This document shows, one piece after another, positions 47,901 to 59,300 of a DNA stretch of 64,000 nucleotides (position 1 is its first letter; each line of letters starts with the position of its first letter). Both the position numbers and the translations under genes were made by a program. Source of the DNA: Macrostomum lignano (lineage: Eukaryota); NCBI GenBank assembly GCA_002269645.1, contig NIVC01000536.1, forward strand, positions 124,001 through 188,000. Reading direction: 5' to 3'. Below the pieces are notes generated by a model, which saw only the letters and a program-made list of their open reading frames with translations, searched no databases and was not told the origin of the DNA.

Positions 47901-50900
47901 CGGGTGTGGGATCTGCTGATTTTCGGGTGTGGGATCAGCTGATTTGGGGATGTGGGATCAGCTGATTTTCGGGTGTGGGATCAGCTGATTTGGGGGTGTG
48001 GGATCAGCTGATTTTCGGGTGTGGGATCAGCTGATTTTCGGGTGTGGGATCAGCTGATTGGGATCAGCTGATTAGGTGTGGGATCAGCTAAAATACAAAA
48101 TTTGATGAGCTTGTTACATTCTTTGAGAAATGTCTAAATACGAATTATTACAAAGCCACGCGCCGCGCTAACCTGGTTGTTTTATCCTTCTTAGCGTTCT
48201 CATTGTGCAGCGCAGTGTTGAGAATCATGCAGGCGTAGCACAGGACAAAAATTCGATCGGCGCTGAGTGGGAAGTCAGGATTCTGAGAGGCGAACGACTT
48301 GGCGAACACCGAGATGCAGCGCTCGATCACCTGCGATGAGAGAGATTTGAGGGCGCGTTAGCGAACTGGAACTGCGACATTAGAGTTATTCTAATTTAAC
48401 AGTAAGCAACAAAATGAAGCACTAAGATGGTAGCATTAAACTTAACATGAAGTGACGCAGATTGAGCCTTCAACCTCTCTCTCTCCCTCTTACTCGCTTC
48501 TGATTGGCTCTTCAATCTGGAAGAGTCATGTCTTCAGTTTTGATATCTATCAACACAGTGTGACCTTATTTGACTTCACCGTGACCTTAACCTTGACCTC
48601 AAAAACCATAAAACATGACCTTCTGTGAGTAAAAACTAGACATCAGATGCAAATTAACAGCAAAAATATTTTTCAAAATTGTTTTATAAATAAATAATTT
48701 AACCAACTAGTAGAAAACAGACAGAACAGGTGCGTTAATTAAACCGTAAATAAAGGATTCCGACTCGACACCATCAGAGAGCAGGTCCACTTGGTTATTG
48801 GCGTCTGTGTTTGATGGTAATTTATTTTATTGCACATTCATTCATAAATACATGAATGAAATTATATAGATTGATAGTCTGCATCAAGAATTACCTCTAG
48901 ATGTACACGATTTATACAATTCAGACACGGGAGCCAAGAGCCTGATGTACCTGAGGCTCATGAGTCAGATTTAGATGAGCCAAGAGCCTGATGTACCTGA
49001 GGCTCATGAGTCAGATCTAGATGAGTCAATTAGAGCCTGATGTACCTGATGCTCACGAGTCAGATCTAGATGAGTCAATTAGAGCCTGATGTACCTGATG
49101 CTCACGAGTCAGATCTAGATGAGTCAATTAGAGCCTGATGTACCTGATGCTCACGAGTCAGATCTAGATGAGTCAATTAGAGCCTGATGTACCTGATGCT
49201 CACGAGTCAGATCTAGATGAGTCAATTAGAGCCTGATGTACCTGATGCTCGCGAGTCAGATCTAGATGAGTCAATTAGAGCCTGATGTACCTGATGCTCA
49301 CGAGTCAGATCTAGATGAGTCAATTAGAGCCTGATGTACCTGATGCTCACGAGTCAGATCTAGATGAGTCAATTAGAGCCTGATGTACCTGATGCTCACG
49401 AGTCAGATCTAGATGAGTCAATTAGAGCCTGATGTACCTGATGCTCACGAGTCAGATCTAGATGAGTCAATTAGAGCCTGATGTACCTGATGCTCGCGAG
49501 TCAGATCTAGATGAGTCAATTAGAGCCTGATGTACCTGATGCTCACGAGTCAGATCTAGATGAGTCAATTAGAGCCTGATGTACCTGATGCTCACGAGTC
49601 AGATCTAGATGAGTCAATTAGAGCCTGATGTACCTGATGCTCACGAGTCAGATCTAGATGAGTCAATTAGAGCCTGATGTACCTGATGCTCACGAGTCAG
49701 ATCTAGATGAGTCAATTAGAGCCTGATGTACCTGATGCTCACGAGTCAGATCTAGATGAGTCAATTAGAGCCTGATGTACCTGATGCTCACGAGTCAGAT
49801 CTAGATGAGTCAATTAGAGCCTGATGTACCTGATGCTCACGAGTCAGATCTAGATGAGTCAATTAGAGCCTGATGTACCTGATGCTCACGAGTCAGATCT
49901 AGATGAGTCAAGAGCCTGATGCATGAGTCAGATCTAGATGAGCCAAGAGCCTGATGTACCTGATGCTCGCGAGTCAGATCTAGATGAGTCAGATCTAGAT
50001 GAGTCAGATCTAGATGAGTCAGATCTAGATGAGTCAAGAGCCTGATGTACCTGATGCTCACGAGTCAGATCTAGATGAGTCAAGAGCCTGATGCATGAGT
50101 CAGATCTAGATGAATCAAGAGCCTGATCTACCTGATGCTCACGAGTCAGATCTAGATGAGTCAGATCTAGATGAGTCAAGAGCCTGATGTACCTGATGCT
50201 CACGAGTCAGATCTAGATGAGCCAAGAGCCTGATGTACCTGATGCTCGCGAGTCAGATCTAGATGAATCAAGAGCCTGATCTACCTGATGCACACGAGTC
50301 AGATCTAGATGAGTCAATTAGAGCCTGATGTACCTGATGCTCACGAGTCAGAGCTAGATGAGTCAGATCTAGATGAGTCAAGAGCCTGATGTACCTGATC
50401 CTCACGAGTCAGATCTAGATGAGTCAAGAGCCTGATGCATGAGTCAGATCTAGATGAGCCAAGAGCCTGATGTACCTGATGCTCACGAGTCAGATCTAGA
50501 TGAGTCAGATCTAGATGAGTCAAGAGCCTGATGTACCTGATGCTCACGAGTCAGATTTAGATGAGTCAAGAGCCTGATGTACCTGATGCTCACGAGTCAG
50601 ATTTAGATGAGTCAAGAGCCTGATGTACCTGATGCTCACGAGTCAGACTTGAGAATCAAGAGTCAAATTAAGATAGTGTAAGATGCCAGCGAGTGAGATA
50701 CTCAGAGACAATATTTAGATGCAGCCAGGCCCGCACTCACCTGGCTCTCCCCAGCCACGGCAAAGGTGCCCAAAAATTCTCTCAACGCCTGCATCAACTT
50801 TTTGCCGGCAAAGTTAAACAGGCCGGCGAAGGCGTCTAGGGTCTGCACGTTGAAGGGCTTGCTGTGCGCGAAGTAGTCCCCGACTGCCCGCCTGCTGAGA

Positions 50901-51761
50901 TTGGTGGACTGAAATAGAAAGCTGGCCACGGCGGCTGGAGTGTTCTCAAGCAGGCCCTGCTCAACCAGGTAGGCGATGCCTGTGGCCGGCTTCAAATTGA
51001 ACTTGTTGCGGCCTGTGAGCAGGGCCTGAATTGTTGAGTTGGTGGAGTGGCATAGAAATGGCAATAAGCTGGCAATAATGGCAGTCTGAAAGTCAATCTG
51101 ACAAACAATATGCCAGTCTGACAGTCAAATTGGCAGTCTGACAGTAAAAATGGCAGTCTGACAGTCAAATTGGCAGTCTGACAGTAAAAATGGCAGTATG
51201 ACAGTCAAAATGGCAATCTCACAATCAAAATGGCAGTCTGACAGTCAAAATGGCAATCTGACAGTAAAAATGGCAGTCTGACAGTCAAAATGGCAGTATG
51301 ACAGTCAAAATGGCAGTCTGACAGTCAAAATGGCAGTCTGCGGTAAAAATGGCAGTCTAACAATCAAAATGGCTTTCCGACAAGCAAAGTGGATTTTTCA
51401 CAAGCAAAATGGCAGCCTGGCTAGTTAAGCTAGCAGACTGGCAATCAAAATGACAATTTATTTCTATAATCCTAGATTTTCAGGCCATATTTCGTATTTA
51501 TATTTATAATCAAAATAACAGTAAAAAGTTGATCACTTGGCAAACAGCCAGACCCACCTTATCCCGCTGACTTGTTGCTTCAAAAGCTTCGCCACCGCCG
51601 CCACCACTGCCGATGTCCATCTCGCGAATTTCGCGATCAAGCGACTCCAGCTCGGTGCGCAATTCGGTCAGCTCAATTTCCAGGGTTCGCTTTCGCTGCT
51701 TGAGCAGCTCGAGCTCGTTGACCTGCTCCGGCAGCCAGCCGCTGGTGTCTGGCCCCTCCAT
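44919..51761 (-). CDS. cyth: Cytohesin/ARNO/Grp1-family ARF-GEF (coiled coil, Sec7, PH), ~403 aa; exons complement(51558..51761, 50741..51025, 48173..48330, 46469..46658, 44919..45293)
   Basis: N-terminal coiled coil; Sec7 GRNKFNLKPATGIAYL...ALREFLGTFAVAGESQ|VIER...LNTALHN; PH EGYLYKQ|GGKVRTWKRRY...PKGIIQL...CFELF...YKFSA...LQSWVRAL. GT-AG introns with phases 0,0,2,0; total 1212 nt. Confidence 0.93.
45410..46372. repeat. 31-bp tandem repeat (CTCACGAATTATTGTTTTCAAAATCTCATCC)n, cytohesin intron 4
   Basis: Directly visible, ~30 copies. Confidence 0.96.
46660..48090. repeat. ~20-bp tandem repeat (GTGTGGGATC[C/A]GCTGATTG[A/G])n with two unique inserts, cytohesin intron 3
   Basis: Directly visible; abuts the 46658 acceptor. 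Confidence 0.95.
48930..50648. repeat. 49-bp satellite (GAGCCTGATGTACCTGATGCTCACGAGTCAGATCTAGATGAGTCAATTA)n, cytohesin intron 2
   Basis: Directly visible; homogeneous core with variant units at the edges. Confidence 0.97.
51062..51420. repeat. 21-bp tandem repeat (AAAATGGCAGTCTGACAGTCA)n, cytohesin intron 1
   Basis: Directly visible. Confidence 0.92.
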
Positions 51762-53329
51762 GCAGTGACACGATTTTCTAACTTCAGACTACTACTTATA
51801 GTAGGACTTTGAGAATAAACTCGTATTTTAACAAATTGTTATTAAAGATTTAAGAATGCCAATCACTTTATCTACCTGCCTTACTTGCTTACCCTGGACA
51901 AACGTGATCTTTACAAAGTTTTTTAGGCTACTGGGTGAGCTACTATCCAATTCCTAGAAACTCTGGAAAAGGTTGTGTTGCAAACTAGATCTCTAGTTAT
52001 TGCCAAGGGTTAATAGAATAGGTGGCAATGCCTGTGCTATATTTTATATCTAGATACATTGATGTCCCCTTCAGCTAAGCTAAGTAAGCTAGCTACAACT
52101 AAGCACACAAACTTCACTTGTCTTCTACTATAATTATGGTCATAGCCTATTAGATATTATACCAACTATGGTAAAATAGGTATTTATGGTACTAAAGGAT
52201 ATTTAGTTGGATTTAAAATTAGTAAACTAGCAAGCAGTGCCCTCATTAGGGAGCCAAAAAATGCAGTACAAAAATTTAAATAAACTACATATAGCATCTC
52301 TTTGCGATAACCCCAGCAATTCTATATAAGCCTAACATCTCAGCAATCCCCCCACGAGCCTTAACATACCAACCTCCCCTCCTTGACATCTCAGTGATGC
52401 CTTAGTCTTAGATGCCCCAATAAGCCTTAAAATCTAAAAAATCCCCTGTTAACCTTGAAACCTTGAGAGAGTGGCTAAAGATTTTTTTATAAATCTTTGA
52501 ACAAAATTTAAGTTTAACAGCTAACAAAATGAAAAGTATTTAAACAAGGAATTGAAAAACAGGTATTATATGAACTTGATCATTGATTGAGAACAATTCT
52601 TCTAGTAGATAATTAAAAAAAGTTTCTATGTATTCAGTTAATATCAAATATCTAGATGTTTAGATAGTTAACAATATTACTTGTACTATATTAGGCATTA
52701 AAAACTAAGGATACTTTTAAAAGAAGAAACAAATGAAAAGAGGGCATTTAAAACAAATATTTAGATCAGCATTAATTTTTGCAATTAAAGTATTTACAGT
52801 AGGCCTATACAAATATATGTGTAATGCAGTAGCAATTGCACTGGCATTTGTAAATGAAAACAGGCAAGAAAATACAAAAAGAAGATATAGTTTTAAGGAG
52901 TCTGGTGCAATAATAGATTCAATTGATATAAGATGGGTAGCAACAACATGGTACACATGGGGTGTTGTCTAAGTTTTCGTGTTGGTTGTGATTTGTGAAG
53001 GAAGATTATTTATGAGGTATCTTACAATTAATCTTCTTACAATAAATATTACATTAATTATATAGTCAACAGTCATTAGATTAGGTTAGGTATAGCCATA
53101 TAGACATTAAAGCAGATTTTTGGGATAGGGAATGGATATCAGCTAATTTGCTATCTAATATACTAAAAATATTAGCTAAATGCTAATATCAGCTATAAAT
53201 GGTCAGCTAATACAGTCAGTCCAAGTATGCTTTTAAGCCAGTGTGATTCATTTACCATACTAAAATCTAAATATACTAAATCTCTTAAGGTTTGTATGTT
53301 TTATTGAATGAATGAGTGAATGAATGTCT

Positions 53330-53850
53330 CTAACGCTCTAGAGCTCGCAATTCTTGTTTAAGTTCTAAAATTTGACAGTTTAATATTTCTCAGAAAATAC
53401 ATTCTTCAAAAAATGAATGCTCATGAATTTCAGTTTTCACGAAAGCCGGAACCCATGTAAGCTAAGAGTCAAAAATGGACCAAACCTAATGGTGTAGCAG
53501 ACGCAATGCTTAGCGATGACAAAACTTTATACACAAATTTTATACTGTTATATGAACATATTTTTGTTTATCCATGGCTTTATGAATAGAAAAATCATTT
53601 AAGCGTAAAAATCCGAGACTTGTAAACTTACGTACGCTGCTTGGGCTAGTGACCACAATATCAGTTATAGGTATAGCAAGGTAAAAATTTTTAAGGTAAA
53701 ATGATTCGTGTGCTTTTGACGATGATGATTAGGGTGAATTGTTGTTTAATCTTGTTAAAAAATAAAGCAAATCAAGTAAGTTTGTATTCTTCATAGGCCT
53801 ATTCTTTTTTTCTCCTGCGCATCGCTTCGTTTAATCTGATTTCACTCAAT
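53330..53850. promoter_or_regulatory. Candidate bidirectional promoter / 5' non-coding exon region for cytohesin (-) and TMEM164 (+)
   Basis: CpG-retaining island between two CpG-depleted blocks. It has a minus-strand donor-like gtaagt (aaacttac ~53625-53632) and plus-strand donor-like sites (aag|gtaaaa ~53680; caagtaagt ~53774). Inference only. Confidence 0.3.
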
Positions 53851-54351
53851 CAAGCTTATCCAACGGGAAAATGAGTTGGATTCTGAATCAGTGAATGAAA
53901 GATTCAGAATGAAAGAATACCTTTGTGCAGAAGTGGAAGGCTTAGGCCTGTTCATATTTATCATGGTTGTATCAGTTCTTTATAAAATTGTAGGCCTAGG
54001 CCTAGCTAATAATAGTTGGACTAGATTCTAGCATTCTATTTTCAACCTAAATTTGTTTTTTTAGGTTCACTCATGTGCCAATGTGTGGCAGAACTAATGT
54101 GGCAACTTAAGTTGCAACTATTTATGTTTAAAAAATATAATACTCAATCAAAGCTGCTTGAAGCCTTGAAAAGGGTAATATTGACTTGTAGACCTAACCC
54201 TAATATAAAATAAATCCATAAATACTAGCTTCTATAAATAGGCCCATCTTAATAGGCCTAAGCCAAGGTTCTAAGTCAATTCAGCTAAACTCTTTAACTA
54301 TATTAATAATTAAGTAACAGACCTAGCTATTTAAATTGCTAATTGTCTCAT

Positions 54352-54524
54352 CAGTAGTGTAACCAGAAATTTTTCAAGGGTAAAGTCCCAGGAAGGGGGG
54401 GTGGTGGAGGGGTGGCTCTGTTTTTGGCAAAAATTTGCTTGGTCCCCCCTTTGATTTTTTTTCAGTCCCCACCTAAGGGGGGGCAACTGCCCGGCGCCTC
54501 CCGCCCCCCCTGGTTGCGCCACTG
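54352..54524. mobile_element. hAT-family MITE, 173 bp, 15-bp TIRs, 8-bp TSD TGTCTCAT
   Basis: Left end CAGTAGTGTAACCAG; right end CTGGTTGCGCCACTG (reverse complement CAGTGGCGCAACCAG). TGTCTCAT is at 54344-54351 and 54525-54532, with G/C-run subterminal motifs. Confidence 0.85.
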
Positions 54525-54577
54525 TGTCTCATAGACATAGTATTTATATTTAATATCTATTAAATCTATTATTAATT

Positions 54578-55020
54578 GGCAGTTGTTATTTGTCCGGTGA
54601 CTGGATGAATAGCCTTTTTACTATTTGTTTGGTTAAATTGCTAACTGATGAATATTCTAGATTTTTAAGACCTTTTCATGTATACTGATTAATATTTTGT
54701 TATATACTAGTAAACACTAGTGTACATGTATAAGAAAAGCAGTGTATTCAATTTGGCATAATTTGGTGTATAAGAAAAACACTAGTATAACAACATAATA
54801 ATCAAGATACGAATAAGAAGTCTTTGAAGTCTAGGATCACCGTTGTAGTTTCTATAAAATAGATAGGCCTATTTTAGCATTATCAATTTAACCAATCAAA
54901 TAATAAAAAGCCTATTTGCCCAGTATTAACCAGATGAATAGGAAAGCATGGCCATTATCTAGTAACCGGACAAATAACCACATTGCTATTTGTCTGGTCA
55001 CTGGACAAATAACAACTGCC
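54578..55020. mobile_element. Non-autonomous TIR element (~440 bp) with ~24-bp TIRs and a probable 8-bp AT-rich TSD
   Basis: GGCAGTTGTTATTTGTCCGGTGAC ... GTCACTGGACAAATAACAACTGCC, with internal GGACAAATAAC subterminal repeats. TTATTAAT flanks both sides, allowing a 1-nt register ambiguity. Confidence 0.65.
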
Positions 55021-56362
55021 TTATTAATTATGTTGGCAGTTTCCTAGTTTCCTGTATTACATTATTTTGATACTAAATTTTAAGCAAATGAACCAGCTTA
55101 CTAAAGGATACTTAAAATAGATAATATATATAAGTCTTTAAACTATGGAGGTCTTAAAACTAAAAGTAATATTATATAGAAAGGCCTAATATAGTAATGG
55201 ATCCCCTAGTCAAGATTAAAGGTAGTTTCCAAAGTATTTCTTTGGATAGAATTGGCATTAGAGACTAAAAGGAATAAGCCAGTGTATTTTAGCAAGTAAA
55301 CTTTATGCATAAACTTTATGGGCCTACTTATAGTAATCCATAATCTTTTATAGTAAACTTTAACTTTAGTAAAATATTTAATTATGTTTTATATTGAAGA
55401 TTAGTAATACTTAATAAACTATTTTGTTTTTTTATTTAAATTTTAGTAGGCCTATCAAAATAATTTAATATAAGAAACTAAGAGATTGCTAATATATCTT
55501 ACCATATACAAGCTATATATAAACTTTATTATGTTTGAACTTGCCATCATTATAACAATACCTTTAGACAATTAATTAACTATATAACAATATAATGTCT
55601 CATATATACATAACACAATGCCAAACAAGCCAATCTGGCCAATTGGCAAGAGGCCCTAGCTTTACCTTACCAAGGAAAATTGCAAAATTCCCACCCAAAA
55701 TAGATATAATACTAATTAGACAATGAGACATTTAGCCTTAATAATGTAATCATAGTTATTTTATTTTTATTCTTTACCTAAAACATATTAATTTTCTTAG
55801 ATTTCTTTTATATACTTAAGTTGCATTTTTGGTCAAAAAAGTTTTATAGATGGTGTAAATCACTTTGGTTATGCATATATATATTATCTAATATCTTATT
55901 GCTAAACAAAGGTTATGTTTAATATTTCTTAGGTAGCATTAGCAATATAATATTAGGTTTGAGTCTTGTAATAATATTGGCTAATGTATCTCTGAATACT
56001 ATAAGAATATACTATAAGAGTATACTTATATACTACAAGAAAGAAGCCTAATGCAACCTTAATACATTAGTACACTAGGTTTTTACTTAAAATATCTTGG
56101 TAAATTAAATTGGAAAATAGGTATTTTGAGTTTAATTAGTCTATTTTTTAAAATATTTTATTCATACAATTTACATAGCTAATTTAACTAATTAAGTAAC
56201 ACAAATGTCACATTTTCAGCTATAATAAACTTAATTGCAGTCATCTATTCATCAATATTTACCCAAGATTAAAATTATTATTTAAAAAATATAAATTCTA
56301 TCAGCTACTTCCTAGCCATCCCAGGTCTGCAGACAAGCAGCTAAATTTAGTCTGATCAAACT

Positions 56363-59300
56363 ATGCACAGTTTCTTTGGATGGACCTACTCTGGAATCAA
56401 CTTCAGTGTTGATGGAGCTGGAGGCATTGAATGCCATCAATACCTGAGTTTGCAGCAAAAGATAGCTGAGACCATTCCTTGTTTAGCTTTGGCTGCTTTT
56501 CAGCTTAGCTTAGCCTGGAAATTTATTCACCTGCCACCAGTTTCCATGGCAACAGCACAGCAACAGCCAAGTCAGATTGATTTAAAGATATTAGGGATTC
56601 TGCACGCCCTGGTGTTTGGCATAGAAATTGGCTTCAAGTTGTCCACTAATAGCATTATTTGGCTGCTGAATCCTTGCCATGTCATCACTATCATACAGGT
56701 GGGTATAGTCATGTTCTTATTTTCAAATTAAGTCAAAGTTTTTCATTATTTCACCTTTTATCTCGCACCACTTTAGATTGTGCTGCTCCTCATGCCACCT
56801 TGTCGGTGCACCACTGGCTTATTCCGTTTGATGATTCACCTGCTGAATGGGCCTCTGCTCGCTCTGTTGCTGCCTGTTGTTAACACTAGAATGGTGAGTA
56901 ATTGACTCCCAACCCTCTCATATCCCCAGTATTGACTCCCAGCACTCTGAGATCCCAGTATTGACTCCCAACCCTATCAGATCCCCAGTATTGACTCCCA
57001 ACACTCTGAGATCCCCAACATTGACTCCCAACCCTCTCAGATCCCCAGCATTGGCTCCCAACCCTCTCAGATCCCCAGAATTGGCTCCCAACCCTCTCAG
57101 ATCCCCAGCATTGCCTCCCAACCCTCTCGGATCCCCAGCATTGACTCCCAGCACTCTGAGATCCCAGTATTGACTCCCAACCCTCTCGGATCCCCAGCAT
57201 TAACTCCCAACCCTCTCGGATCCCCAGCATTGACTCCCAGCACTCTGAGATCCCAGCATTGACTCCCAACCATCTCGGATCCCCAGCATTGACTCCCAAC
57301 CCTCTCAAATCCCCAGCATTGACTCCCAACACTCTCAGATCCCCAGCATTGACTCCCACCTACTAAGATCCCTAATTTAAACATTTTCAATCTATTGCAA
57401 ATGAATACTGAAGTCAAAATGTAATTGAAATAATAATTTAACCGCGCATATTTTCAGTTAAATGGCGAAGTATTTGTTTACTATGCTCAGCACGTGCTCA
57501 TCTTGGCGCTGCCTCTGTTTCTAATCAGGCGCGGTTTTAAGGACGGTGAGTTTATACGAGTATTATATGTGCTCGTATATATAAAATTAGAGCACTTAAG
57601 TAATGTCTCAATTATTCATACTACACTCGTACTATGCGGTTATGTGAAGCTCTGGAGCAGCCATTACCATTTGTACTTTTTGTACAATTAACAGCAACAG
57701 TACTAGCGGGATGTTCTGCTTCCATCCAAAATGACATCTTATCCGGTACAGATTTCCCTTCGAATCTCCTCATTTTCAGTGGCTTCCGGGTGCCGAAATT
57801 GTTTGAAAGTTCATTTTAATCACTATACGGAACAATCCAGCTAGTTATCCATCCATCCAAACATCCGGCTAGCTGGCAAACACACCCGGCTAGCTGGCAA
57901 ACACACCCGGCTAGCTGGCAAACACATCTGGCTAGCTGGCAAACACACCCGGCTAGCTGGCAAACACATCCGGCTAGCTGGCAAACACATCCGGCTAGCT
58001 GGCAAACACATCTGGCTAGCTGGCAAACACATCTGGCTAGCTGGCAAACACATCCGGCTAGCTGGCAAACACATCCGGCTAGCTGGCAAACACATCTGGC
58101 TAGCTGGCAAACACATCTGGCTAGCTGGCAAACACATCCGGCTAGCTGGCAAACACATCCGGCTAGCTGGCAAACACATCTGGCTAGCTGGCAAACACAT
58201 CTGGCTAGCTGGCAAACACATCCGGCTAGCTGGCAAACACATCCGGCTAGCTGGACTTAAATGTAGAGAACAAAATTTTAGGTCAACTTGCGAAATTTTT
58301 ATGTTTCTGAGTTTGGGTGCAGCCAGACAGACCTGTCAGGGAGGAAATTCCCTTGGTAGCATAGAGGACATGGGCGGCAATCCCGTTAATAGAAAAAATT
58401 AGTATATTGGATTTTCTGTACACAAAAATGTTTAGGGACTAACTTCTCACATTTCCTGAGCTCTTTCCTATCTCTCCCTCTGTAACTCTAAGCCTTCCGA
58501 ACTTGCTCTTCTGGAACGAGGGGAGATGGGGCGGAAGCATTCCTATACTCTACTTGTTTTGCACTGCTGCTGTCACTGTTGCATGTCTCGTGTTATTTTA
58601 AAATAATTAGAGCTTGTCCATTGCTGGGAGCTGTCTGGGTGGTGGAGTATCCATCCGTGTCCTGTTGCTAGCAGTGCCAGTATTATATATGTAGATTGGC
58701 AGCGCAATGCTCTCTTAAACCGTTAATTATTGCAGGCGTATTCACTACGGAGCCGATGCTGGACTTCTCCTGGGTTATACTGGCCCAGGCGGTGCAGAGC
58801 ATCTATCATTTTGTAGTGTTGCAACCGATCTCATGCGTGAGTTGGTCTTGTTTTTTATTTAATTATCTCTATAGGGGGTTGTAGACTAGTGGTTAGTGCG
58901 TCCAACTCACGACTGAAAGGTCCTTGGTCCTTGTCCTTGAGCAAGACACTTACTCTGCATCGCTTCAGTTCACCCAGCTGTAAAATGGGTGCCAGCATTA
59001 GCTGGGGTAATTGAGAGGGTGTGTGGCGACTCCCCCAGTCGTTTGACTGAACAGCCGTACGCAGCCTTCAGATGCGCCGCTCAATAGCTGCGGCTGAGCT
59101 GTTGGTTGCACATCTGCCAGGTGTAATAATTATTATTATTATTATCTGAATTCTAATTTGCCAGTTTCATACGAGGGGTGTCCCAGAAGTAGTGTCGCTT
59201 TTGCTTGCTTCCACAAGTATTAATGTGTGTTTAAAAATCATATGCCTTAAAAGTTAGCGGCTTATTTTAGCTTTCATGCCACGCAAGTCCGATTTTTATA

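Noticed and set aside
44305-50648. CRISPR-like appearance of regular 31-53-bp repeats
   Set aside because: Units are contiguous with no unique spacers, the context is eukaryotic introns, and there are no cas genes.
45410-50648. Hammerhead ribozymes in satellites (CTGATG / GATGAG...GAAA look-alikes)
   Set aside because: No complete CUGANGA...GAAA core with flanking helices in either monomer.
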